64,000 bases of DNA from Lytechinus pictus (lineage: Eukaryota), in NCBI RefSeq assembly GCF_037042905.1, contig NC_087251.1:26538001-26602000 (forward strand), written 5' to 3'. Below the pieces are notes generated by a model, which worked only from the letters and a program-made list of their open reading frames with translations, was not told the DNA's origin and searched no databases. This document shows positions 27,441 to 40,200 of this stretch, piece after piece. A program made the translations under genes and the position numbers. The number at the start of each line of letters is the position of its first letter. The stretch's first letter is position 1.

Positions 27441-30400
27441 CATTCATTCGTACAAATTACTCTGTAAAGTGAAGTGTGAGCAATCACACTATTAAAAAGC
27501 TATGTAGGAACTGCATAGTTCCTGATATTTCTGACAAGTATGTAAACATTCAATGTTACCGTGCACTGCATTATGATGTGTTGCCATGACTACTAGCTTA
27601 ATGGCCGCTGTAATACTGATGTTGTCGACGGGCACGTTTTATGGGTTTACTTGATTGTAAAAACTTTGGGTGTCATATTTTCATACCTTGATATAAATGA
27701 GATTTAATAGATACCAAGAGGGGAATTTTCCCATGTCAGTTCATCCCAATTTTTTAATTTTACCAGAAAATTTGTTCATATCATAATCCGAGAATGGAAA
27801 AGAAATAAAAATGGTGCAAAGAGCCCGCGGTTATTGTGGTATTGCATGTTGCTATATGTTGTTTGAGCAAAAATGGGTGAGGCCCCTAAACTTTTCAATG
27901 GCCATCGTGCGTTTTACCAATTTTACCAATTTTCATGAAACTGGAGCCAGAAAGGAATCCATAGCATGGAATAAAATGAATGAATTTTTTTTGGATACAT
28001 ACAAACAGAACAATGATTTTGTGAATATTTGGCCATCACATTAATTGAGAATGAAACCATTAAAATTAGGTATAAAACAGAAAAATCAGAAATATTTCTT
28101 CTGATTAGCTAATCAGGACAAAGGTGAACTTCCACCCTATTCTGTAATCCAATGCCAGAGTGCAACCCACAGGCTTATATCCTCTGAATATCGCAATGTG
28201 CAAAACTCACAAATCAAGAAAGTCTAGTCATTTATGCTTGAAAAAGTTTGATTTCCTTTGATATATATAACAATATTCTCTCAATTCATGAGAAAGGTCA
28301 ATGCTTTATTCATTCATTATTTCCTATACTATAGGTTAAATAAGTATTCCTTTACCTTGAAATAATATTTGTGTTTTTGTACCGAGAAGGGAAAAGACAA
28401 TTTTTTCTTTAAAACTGTTGCCTCATAAACCTGAACACGTTCAAAGAATTCAATAATGGGAATTGAAGAATGCAGGTGTCAATCAATATGTTAATAGATA
28501 AACCCCATCCTCTTTATGTTTTTTTCAACATTAAATCATCAAAATATATCTTCTAATGGGCTATGATGAAATACATATCATACACCAGATACACTATACA
28601 CTACATGTAGTCTTTGAAGAACAAAACGAGAGCAAGTGCATGTTGCTTTAATACGATATTGTACATGCCTGCAGTAGCTGTACAGTACACTTTTCTTTGA
28701 AATGCAGTTCCTTTTGATCATAGCCCAGTTCATCTCTCTTTCTCCCTGACCTTTTCATTCTTACATCAAATGAAATCAGTGAGCCAGATTAGAAAGGGGT
28801 TTTACGTGGTGTGTTCAGACAAATTATCAACCCAGATACACAAACATGAATTATGATTCCATTCACTTTTGTGATTTGGAATACAATCTGAAAAAAAGAG
28901 CAAATTGATTCTATTTTCTTGGTATTGTTACTGTGAATATTGTTGACCTTACAGTGGAATATGGGTTAACTTTGATACATGTGTCTTTTTCCACGGAAGC
29001 CTCCCACTGTGTGATGTCTCTGAAATCATCTTTAGAATGTTGGTTGTGTTAAAGTTATTCTGGCAACCACTTGTTGAATCTGTAGCAAAACCCATCTTCT
29101 TTCCTGGTTCATCGTGTGTTCTGATGATCGTAGAAAATATTTGCAGGAGCTCAATCTTGTTTGCCGCTTGAACACAACTATAGTCTACAATCCAATTCTT
29201 TAACAAATTGGCTTGGATTTCCTAGAAGAAACCAACCACTGTGCTATATGAAGTCTCGCATCTCACAAGCTATGTTATCATGATTGCTGACTTCATGACT
29301 TGTGTGTTGGATTTAAATAATTTAGGAGGGTTTTTTCTGGAAATTTGTCCACCATTTCTATTGAATAAATCTAGAGTGTGTATGTTTTATTCACATTATT
29401 TGTTTGTTAATGAGGACTTTCATTTTCCTTCATGGGGACTTTAATTTTCCTTCAAAATGTAACATTTCCAGTATTTGTTGATGCATGAAAACATTGAAGA
29501 TGAAATTGATCAAAGTTTATATCAAAGAATTACATTTGATATGATTGATATTTAGATTATGAATGGTATTTGATTAAAGGGAGTGGTGTTTCCTAATGCT
29601 GTTTGTAAGGTACATGTATGCACAGTTTTATGATCAACTTGTGATCTGTTCTTGTGCTATATGAAATTCCACCTTCACCATCTATGGATAAAGTGCAAAT
29701 TAATTTTCTGCAGCCCTAATTAAAAATGTTGAAAAAAATGTTCTATCGAGATCCTTGATAACAAGAATAGAATCTTTTCATATTACACTTTTGAGACGGG
29801 GGGGGGGGGGGGGGGGGGGGGGGTAACATAAATGGATACACAATACTATTTAGAATTAATTGTGACTTTCACTTTCGGTAGATGACTTTACAGTAATGCT
29901 TAAATGAACAATTTTTGTCTTCCATGTTGCGGGTGTGGGAACATCTCATGCTTAATCAGTATAAATAGAAAAATAATTTCAAATGGACATTAATTTGTCC
30001 ATATAAAAATGCTCATATAATAGATTGTTGTTTTAATGATAGGCACATGAAGAAATATGAAGAAATTGTGAAGTGCCTCTTTATGGTGGAAAGGACATGT
30101 ATATATGCCTAATCACTATGATCACTGAGGGAAAGAAAAACAAAAGATGTGAAGAGAAAAAAAGATTTTGTACACTGTAGGAAAAAAATAAGTATAGAAG
30201 TTCAAGTGCATCACAAGATATTGTCTTGAAGATCTTGCATGACAGATTGGTAGTTTGGCTAAAGACAGTAAGTCCAGAAAGAATACATTCTCCTAGATTC
30301 AGGAGTTGTGACTTCACATTTCATGCAAGCATTGGCATACAAATTTGGTTATGATCTTATTCTAAATTGTGATGCAAAATCCTATATTTTTTTTACGTAC

Positions 30401-30463
30401 AGGTTCATAAAAGTAATTTTTTTTTCTCTCTCTCTCTTTTTTTTTTTTTTTTACATCACTCAG

Positions 30464-30523
30464 AATTCATCCAGGGTGTATCACAATTCAGTGTGAAAGG
30501 AGACAAAGAATCAAAACTTAGAT
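30464..30523 (+). CDS. PPP3R1: Calcineurin subunit B, exon 4
   Basis: Polypyrimidine tract, then cag|AA TTC...AGA T|gtaagt, 60 nt. Encodes EFIQGVSQFSVKGDKESKLR. Confidence 0.97.
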
Positions 30524-30654
30524 GTAAGTATTCATTCATTTAGCATAAATTTGAAATACTCCAAGACAATGGCCATTTTGCACTCAAGGCAATGCATATG
30601 ATTTTATGATATATTTCAATACTTCTTGCCAGAGATGAAATGTTACTTCCAAAG

Positions 30655-31102
30655 GGACAGATGAGCTAATGCCGTGGCATGGCGTCTGTCGTCCGTACAC
30701 AATTTCGAAATGCTTCTTCTTTGTAATTTCAAGTCCCATTTCAATTCTGTTTGCTTTATATGATAGTACAAGGTGGGGGATTCAAAACTTCTAAACAGAA
30801 TTTTGAAACTCATTAAGTATGCTTTATATTAAGCATATTTTTACAAAAAATGCTTATTTGTTAACTGATTTTGATTTTGTTTTGTTCCATCTTAGAGCTA
30901 CATGAGAAATTTTTATGCTAATTTATACAAAATTTATTCATAGATCACAAAAAATGCTTCTTTGTCATTTCTTCATCAATTTCAATTATGTTTCCTTAAT
31001 TTATGTCACCTATATAATTCACTATCTGGGCTTAAATTAAAAATTGTGTTAAATTTTGTTGCAAGATGCCGGATGAGCTCCACATCATTGATGTGCTAGT
31101 TT
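30655..31102 (+). mobile_element. HINE/DINE-like element remnant
   Basis: gatgagcta followed by a gcgtctgtcgtccgt microsatellite. The 3' end has gatgagctc plus the hairpin cacatc-att-gatgtg and ctagtt. Confidence 0.5.
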
Positions 31103-31294
31103 GTTTATGCAAATAATGAATAATGTCTCCAAATAGTATTATAGAATCTTCTTAGCTTCTTGATTTATTCTCAACAGATGTCATTGTTATTGTTAATGTC
31201 TTTAATAGATAACTGTTTTTTATTCTAAGTTCTTTATTACATGTATGCAATTATTTGAAGAAAAAAATTTCATCATATACTGTAACAGTTGCAA

Positions 31295-32774
31295 TTAAAT
31301 GGTAACTCCTTGCTAAAAATAATATGGTTTGAACAGATGAAGAAAATCAAACAAAACACTGACAATTTGGCCAAAATCAGACAAGGAATATTAAACAAAG
31401 TTATGACATTTTGAAGATTTGCACTTTTTTGGTGAAATTGCATGACTTCATGAATAAAGACCAAAGTGATGATGTCATATCCTCACTTATACTTGTTCTT
31501 TTGTGTTTTATTATATAAAATTATGTTTATTCAAATTTTTTCCTCCAAGAATGTAAATCATTGGATTGGCAACTAATGCAATCAATTAGATATTCATTAC
31601 TACAACTTATCTGTTATAAGGGAGGCATATCATACACACATGTGTGAAAATATGGAATGATTATGATTTAATGATATTTAGGGAATATTGGATGGCCTTG
31701 AGTGGGATTCGAAGAAATATTGTACGAGCTGAAGAACAATGTTGGATGAGTCGGAGATGAATCCAATATTGTTCTTCAGCGAGTAACAATATTTTTACGC
31801 ATCCCACGAAAATTGGTCATCCAATATTATTATTATTTAGATACCCCACAAATCTAAACATAAAGTAATGAAGCAATAAGCAATTTTAGTAACCATCATT
31901 TATGGCAATCCTGTAAATCATAAGCATGGCGCCTGAGTATTGTCATAAAAAAAAAGAAATCTCTGTAATAAAGTAAAGATGCGCTAGCGGATAGTGCAAG
32001 CGCATTTGAATTCAATAAATTGACGCTCCTTTACCACACCTCCTGGCAACTAATACGCAATGCAATTTCATTGTGACGTAACAATAGCTTAATGCGCACA
32101 ATCATTTATTAACCAATGATAAGCTTGTGGGCGGGGCAAAATATTCATTTTGTCCAATATTTTCAATATTGGATGGTTTTCATAGGCATGCACGTTAAAA
32201 ATCATTTTTAATATTTTGTCTCTTTGAAACAACCTCGCAAGACGTCAAAAAATATCTGCGCCTCTAAAACCCTACATCTAAATAATTATAAATAATAATG
32301 ATAACAGCTGGATTCATATAGCATTTTTTTGCCTGATAAAAACAAAGTGCTGCTATTATTACCCCGGTTTTAGCTGCACTGCCTATATAGGCGCTCAAGC
32401 ATTCAAGGAATTTCTTCATACCCATTCACCTCACCTGGGTTGAGCGCAGCACAATGTGGGTATATTTCTTGCTGAAGGAAAACATGCCATGGCTGAGAAT
32501 TGAACCCATGAAAGACGAGAGTCATAACCACTAGACCACGATGACCCCATTTTATAACATTAAAGAAAGGAAAGTGGGAACATGACATCATCAGTCCACC
32601 TAACGAATATTCATGACAATATGCATATAACTATTTACACAAATATTGCTTAAATTTAAATTCAATAACTCTGTTATTTGTTATCAGATTTTGATGAAAT
32701 GTTAAACATTTTGATTGGTGAATTCTACTCTTTATTTTGACATTAATTATTTTCAGCCTGGAGTAGCCCGTTAA
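31295..32774. mobile_element. TTAA-site MITE interrupted by nested insertions
   Basis: TTAA-atggtaactcc ... ggagtagcccg-TTAA. The body matches the 1128-1722 family on both sides of an insert at about 31676-32548. Confidence 0.7.
32290..32548 (-). mobile_element. tRNA-derived SINE
   Basis: The minus strand starts ggggtcatcgTGGTCTAGTGG (A box) ... GGTTCAATTC (B box), continues ...ccacattgtgctgcgctcaacccaggtgaggtgaatgggta and ends in a (TTA)n tail. A small related fragment lies at about 16215-16256. Confidence 0.8.
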
Positions 32775-33106
32775 ATCTTTGGACTGTGAAATTATTCCCC
32801 CCCTGCTAAAATCCTCCTAAAGCTTTTTTTTCTTTGGAGTGATCATTCTGTTTAGAATCATTCTGCAGCATGTGCAACTAAAATTTTCATGAAATTCAAG
32901 TGCTATCAATGACAGAATAACTGCTTTCAGACGGAGGGTTTTATGTCATGGATCTGATTTTATAACTTCTGTGTCAGTGCCTGGCTTTGTGAAATTACGT
33001 AGTGTCATTTTGCAACCTTTATGCGCAACATAAAGGTAGCCCCCAAAATAAAAAGAACAGGCTAAAAAATCACCCATAATTTGACCTTTTTATGTTTGAT
33101 ATTCAG

Positions 33107-33291
33107 TCTTCTTCAGGATCTATGACGTGGACCACGATGGTTACATCTCAAACGGTGAACTGTTCCAGGTCTTAAAGATGATGGTAGGGTCCAACCTCAA
33201 GGACACTCAGCTGCAGCAGATCGTAGACAAGACCATCACCAATGCTGACTTGGATGGTGATGGCAAAATATCCTATGAGGAATTCTGCACT
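33107..33291 (+). CDS. PPP3R1: Calcineurin subunit B, exon 5 (EF-hands 3-4)
   Basis: ttcag|TC TTC...TGC ACT|gtaagt, 185 nt. Encodes [61 protein letters not shown]. Confidence 0.97.
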
Positions 33292-34172
33292 GTAAGTTTT
33301 TCTTTTTTAAATGAAAGTTTGTACTTGATAATGTGCATATGTAGGGTATTGTGCCTATAGAGAGCACAGCTGAGGTCCTTAATTTTGATATTTTTGATCT
33401 CAAAGCCACTTTTTTATAGGCACATTCGTATATTACATTACGGATGGGAGAAGGGGGGGGGGGGTGGTAGGGCAAAAACATTTCCAAGTCCAATGAAATA
33501 GGCATTGAGGCCAGTCAGTATGCTTTCTAAGGTCTTGGGTACCTTGAAGTAATTTAAGCTCCAATTGTCAGTTGCAGCCAAAATTACCGAGCATTCACAG
33601 TGATTTTTGGTTGCCCCTTTCCCATTTCGAGATTAATCGTATTTAGTTTTGCACAGCTTACTGAAAGTGAGGAATTCAATGAAATGGCATCCTTATTGAT
33701 GAGCATTTTGGTAGTTCACTCACTTTTCTTGGAAAGTGAAGAATACAAGTCAGACTTACAAATAATCCCATGGTTCCATAACACAGCAATTGATGTTTTT
33801 GAGCTTACAAGTCAGCTGTCATTAAGGGGGGGGGGGGGGGTCTTATAGTTTAGTTTGCTTCGGGTCTTGACTACACAATTTTGTTTCCTAGGTAATATCT
33901 GTGTCCTTTCAAGACTGTTTGTCCAACTTACCTCATCAAAAAAACAAATTTTTAAAGCTATACACATACCCATCCCTTGTATAAAAACAAAAAAAATTGT
34001 TTAACTATTTTGAAATAAATAAAAGCTTATCAGTAAACTGAAACCATTCCTTACTGTTTTTGCAAGTACAGGTGAATTTGATGCCTAACGGGTCTGAAAT
34101 ACTTTTCTTGCATATATATTTTGAAAACGCCTACAATATTTTATTTTCCTCTCTCTCTCTATCTCCCTACAG

Positions 34173-34220
34173 GTTGTTGCAAATACAGACATCCATCAGA
34201 AAGTTGTCGTTGATGTATAG
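34173..34220 (+). CDS. PPP3R1: Calcineurin subunit B, exon 6 coding part (VVANTDIHQKVVVDV*)
   Basis: ctacag|GTT...GTA TAG. Spliced CDS is 3+40+177+60+185+48 = 513 nt = 170 aa plus stop, with consistent phases. Confidence 0.95.
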   Translation, partial: VVANTDIHQKVVVDV

Positions 34221-37200
34221 CCCCACCAGCCACTTGTAAATCTCCCAGCTCCACGCTGCAGTGTACTCTGTAATCTCTCTTTGCTCTCTCTCTCTTCTTT
34301 CACTTCTCTACTTTTCACTTCTCTTCTTTTTTCTATAATTTCCCTCACTTTCCAACTTGATCTATCTACCTATCTTCTTCATCTGTCTACTTATGTTTCA
34401 TTTATTTTCAATGCAATGTTTTTGTTTATTTAGCATTTAAAATATTGAATATTAAAAAAAGGAATAAAAAAAGAAGATATATCTGCTGCCATCATGATGA
34501 TTTTTTCAGCCAATTATTAATTCTTCCCTCCCAAATTTCCTTGTCCTTTTTATTTCATGAAGCTTGAAACATTAAACACGCTCATAGGCTTTATACCCAT
34601 GTATTATGATATTTTTAACTGAGAGGAATTAAGATAAAAACATAATTTACAAGATATCTAGCCATGCTGAAGAAATGAGAAGGACCAGTCAACTACAAAT
34701 CTTCTCTAAGAATATGCAGACTACATCAGCCTTGGTAAAGAGCATTACATACTGATGAGGTCTATTCTACCACACTCTTGGACTGAGAATATCTAATCAA
34801 CTACAGTCCTTGCCTATTAAAGGTCTAGTCTACTGCAATGAGATCTTAGAATGAGAAGGTGGAGTCTGCTGTTCTTGGGATATGAGATCTAGTCTCCTGC
34901 TTTCCACATCAGGAAATATTTTGTTCCTTCAGTCCTGGACTAAAAGGGACAGAGTCTGCATTTAGTCTTGAACTAAAATAACTAGGATATCCCCTGAAAG
35001 AGTAATTACAGTCTGTTGTCCAGTGTTGCATTTATGGGGAAGGTAACACATAATAATCTTGTTGATAGTGAGTGGGCATATATTTTAGGTCCTTTGCATT
35101 ACCAAGAGGCATTTCACTAATTCTTCATAGTGTGCTTATATTACTATTAAAACGATTCCAAGAGGATTGAGACAGCAGTCTAGATTGGTTCATGCAATTT
35201 AAATTCCAAGAATCATTCATGCAATTTAAAGTTCACAACTCTTTTGTGAAGGTCCAAGACTTCTTTGATTTTTTTCTTCCCTTATTAAAGTCAAAACTTA
35301 ATGCATGACTATATATCTGTGATGGTAATGCATGCTCTGATCTGAAATGATTTTTTTTTCTTCATCTGCTGACATTAAGGGGAAGAAAATCCAACACATT
35401 TATTCACCCAAAGTAGCCGTTTATCACCCCCAAAATGAATGAAATGAAAACTTTTTACTAACTTCTACACATTTGATAATGTACAACTGCTGCATCAGTC
35501 AGCCCAATGGAGGGATGATCCCACCCTCCCCTATGAACCATTTTCATATTTTCTTAGCTCATCACAATTTAGTTAACCTTTGAACTTTGACCTTTACTTA
35601 GCTTTCATGATGGCAAGCATGCAACAAAGAGTTTGAAAGGATTCCTTTCACAAATTGTACATAATAATTTTTTTAGTTAATTTTCTTTTGTAGGTAAATG
35701 GTAAGAGTTGTCGAGGTGTGGATATGTGTTTCTTTATTAGCGTAGGGGTGAGGAGTGTGGTTTGTTTTCTTTGGATATCATACGGGTAGATCGAAAAAAT
35801 TTATCTGTATCACATCGCAAAATTGCTTCGTTGTTGGTGATTGTTGTCAATCTTAGTTCCTGTGAACCGTGGATTAATTTCTTTGCATTGTAATCTTTAA
35901 GTGTTCTCATTATAACCTGGAAAAGAAAGAAAAAATTATTGAGTTTTCAAGAAAAAAAAATGAAATTAATGTGAAATTTGAAATAGGCAATAGACATCGA
36001 CTGTTGATTCACTGAGCGTTTGTTGTTATTTTCATTATTTCTGGATGCAATATTTCAAGATGTAATAGTCGTTTTGTACAGGCAAGATAGTGGACTCTGT
36101 TTCTTACTTTTTTTAAACTCTGGATTGTTTTGCATTGAGTGTGAGAGCAATTGTAATTGTTTCAATCACTTCTTTTTTCTGTATTGCTGTTGAAGTGCAG
36201 TCGCTATTCTGCACTGTACACTTTATTTCTCCACCCTCCCTCAACACCTTACCACACACAATGAAACCCTCAAACATGTGGAACTATTCAAGTGTCGGAC
36301 TCTTTGTCAGCAAATTCCGAATTGTGTTTAATTTACATCATTTTGTATAGACACAGTAATCTCTATAACTGTTCTGTCGAATGAAAAACAATTGTATCAA
36401 TTAATTTGAGACAATTTTTTCAGCATATTGATGTAATGGCACTATTGCACATAAGTGTGAAGTTACTTATTGATATTCAAGAAAACTTATTTTTACCTTT
36501 GATATGCAAATCATCCCAGTTGAGCCATTATCATCTTATCATACCTTGTCTGTAAAAATGTCCTGGTATAAACCCAGTGTGAAATAGATCGACAGGATTT
36601 TCTTTCAAGTTTGATATTTCTTTCTAATAAATTAGTTTCTTTCCCATGATGAATTGTGAATTTTATTGTTGAAATGATGGTGCCTTTGGAATGGTAGTTC
36701 TGTCATTCCATTCGGACAGTGTACCACTCCTCTGTAAAGTGAATGTACCAGCCCCCTTTTCTTGATTGGGGAATACCCTTCAAGATAGGGAATTCCCCTT
36801 CCTCGTAGGGGAATACCCTTTCTGATTAAGATTCTCCTTAACCATGCCAGTGCTGAAGATAGGAGTGCTATGTAGGAAGTTCAATAGTGGCATTGCATTC
36901 TTGGGAAGGCAGAGTAGGCCACAGACATGCTTCAAACATCTCATGAAATATATAGAGTATATTTAAAGGTATTGCATCTTTCTGAAGTCTGCCGACAAGA
37001 CTGTGTTCATGTCTTAGCACAAACATAAAATTTCATCAAGGCACTTGCCTGATTGGTGCATGTGTTCAGAAATTTGAATGTCTTGAACTATAATGGGTGT
37101 TGCAAGTTCAGTGTTAACTTTCTGGTGTTGGTATTGGACTGATCTTTACATCAGCAGAACGCCAAATTTGAAATGAACCTTGCTCTGAGACGAATCTCAC

Positions 37201-40200
37201 TAGGGGTTGAGCTATTAATGATTTGGATAATTTATTGTGAACTCATGTTAGTTTTGAAGTTCTAGAGAAGGAAATCTGATATGTGCATCTAACACCACCA
37301 TCAACACCGAACTTGAAATTACCAAATGTGTTTTCAAAGGCACACTACCTTTCAAGAGAGGAGCTCTAATTAAGAAATCTATTTCCTTATATCAAATTTG
37401 TAAAAGAATATGATCAAGATATAAGTTTAGATTCAAAGATTACTTGTATCTACATATTTCTTTGTTCTGAGTGATTTTGATTGTGGTCAAGAGTATTTCC
37501 CTATGAATATTGCTTCCATTTTGTTGGAGGGGAAATTTCATATAAAGATCATCAAGTTGTGTAGGTTATTGGCATTTGAAAGGCATATATTTTGTCAGTA
37601 TCTTATTACTTTTCAATTAACGCAAAAAAAAATCTTTATTAAGTATTACAAACATCTTCTTGCCAGTAAATTGAAATTGTGTACATTAGTACATGCTTGG
37701 CTTAATCAATATATTTTCTATCAGAATCTTTTGTTTAAAATGTGAAGGAATTCGTTTGCAGAACTAGTTTGTAATACGTTTAAAATAAAAATTTGTATGT
37801 GGTAGATATCAATATTACGTTGTCTTTGGAGTATTTCAACAGCTTCAAACAATTATACAACAACTTTCAAATATAGAAGAAAAAAAAAATTTAACAATTT
37901 TCTTGTCTAAGAATTATACAAAGCATTTAAAGGTTTTCCTGATATATTCAATATCAAATACATTTTCTGATATAAAATGTATCTAAATCAACAGAATTGC
38001 TGCTACATGTATTTGCATGCATTGCATATAAGGTGAATTATGATGTACCCAAACATTATACAATTATAACACATGTAAATATCTAATTCTCTCTCACTTT
38101 CTCATTCTGTCTCTATGAAGAGTATATTCATACTATGCGTGTAATATTATCAACATCATTTGTATGGTATCTTAGAATTTATTGAAATGGGAAGCTTGTA
38201 TTGTGTGTGTATCATACTTAGCACTCTATGTAGTTTTATAGATATCAATTTAACAAATCATGAGAAATTATGATTTTATTTCTTTTGTAAGATGTAGATT
38301 TGATATTTGAACAGTGATCATTGTGAAGCTGTGTAATGTTTGTGATGGTTATTTCAAAGGCATATAATCAACTGGCACAATTCTAGCAATATTTGGGCTT
38401 TGTGTCCAAAGGTTTTTCTCGTACTGTAGTTTGAGAATTTGCAGACTTTGGGGAATTTTGTTCAGTGTTGATTATATTATCTGTTATGAATAATTAAAAC
38501 ATAGGTTAAATGACAAGTTTCTAGTAGGAATGGAGAACTGATTATGAGATATCCCTTTAAAACTGGATACATATGATTGCAAAATTAAAATTTCAAATAC
38601 ACTTGCACACAAGAAGAAAATAATTTAATTCCTTTTAATTGCATTATGAAATCACACAAAGACACAATTATAACCAGCAGATGAAAGAAATGGATATGGA
38701 TTTACAATGAGAGATGGTCAAACAGAATGACATCATCTTATTGAAAATCATTTGATAGTGATTAAATATTTGATTACCATATATTTGGAATCTTCAATGT
38801 GAATCACAATATGGAAGTTGACATTTTGGACAGTATTTCTGACATTAACAGCTTTCTTCTTTCATAAAGGTGAGTTTGATTGCAACCGAGCAATATCAAA
38901 TGACACTACGGTAGAACTCAGAAACGATTGATTCTTAATAACTGAAATATGCCAGTTGAATTATGCAGATACCATTAGGAACATTCTCAATTTATAAGAT
39001 GATAAAGGATAGGTAAAATTGTGATGTTTCTTTTTAAAATGAAATCATTTAAAGTATATAAACCAATGTAGATATGTATGATGCATGTAGTGGGGTTTTT
39101 GTTGTATATCCTCTCATTGAGAGTCAAAGTGTAGAATGTTCAGATGAAATTTTATTTACTTGTGAAATTTCTGATGGGCAGGCTCCCATATACGTGCGTG
39201 TGTGGATTTAAATTGTTTCCATATTATTTTCCCCTTGGTTTTTTTTTGTTTTTTGCTGTGGCTTTTTACTTTTTTTCTATTCTGAATTGAAGTTTGACAT
39301 ATATTACTTTGACATTTGTAGATACATTTTCAATTTGAGTCTATACTTGTAATCATTTGAATAATTAAATGTTTAACTGATACCCATTTGAAAGAGTTTA
39401 AACTAAATTCCTGACTTTGAAAAATCATTGTTTCTATGCATCATTAATGTTATAAGGCTAATGTATTCTCAAGTAAGTCATGTAACATTCCGTGATATGT
39501 TGGAACATACTTCAAAATTTCTCAGTTAGTATCGCTTTGAATCTACCATGTTATCCAACATCACCTCCCTCTTTCCAAAAAATGAAAAAAGTTTCTTACA
39601 TGTCGTTATCTATTAAAATAAAAGTTTGGTTGATTAAATATTTAGTTGTGGTATATTTAAAAAAAAAATCAACATTTTGAAGTTTACTTGTTGAGAGAAG
39701 TGAATGTTCATAGTTTTTACTGCAATGCATTAAAAAAAGACTCAACCTCTAGCAAATTACATTTTTCTTGTAAATCCTTGTTAAACACCATCTTTAATAA
39801 GACTTCATGAATATGAAGTTGCAATTCAAGTGCACACAATCTCACTCTACGAACTTTGGATTTCATTATGACACCTTAAATTTGCTTGCGGTGTTTTTTT
39901 TAATAGTAAACTTTGAATATTATGCTGCAACTTGCATTGACATGCACATAAACCTCGCTATATGGAGGTCGAAGAATTCACTGAATTCCATGCCAAATCA
40001 ATGTTTATTTTCTTATCAGTGGCCACAAGGAAAACTTTGTTAATCGTTGCATACATGTATTCACTAAATTGTCAAGCCACTGTGAAGATGAGATATTATA
40101 GCATTTATCTAATATTTCAAATACACTTTCTGATTTGCAGCCTTGTGTTTTAGTCCCATTGTGACATGGGGACAAGTTGATTTTGCAGTAAAAACCACAT

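Noticed and set aside
33114..33116. Alternative CAG acceptor 10 nt into exon 5
   Set aside because: Using it would shift the frame and destroy EF-hands 3-4.
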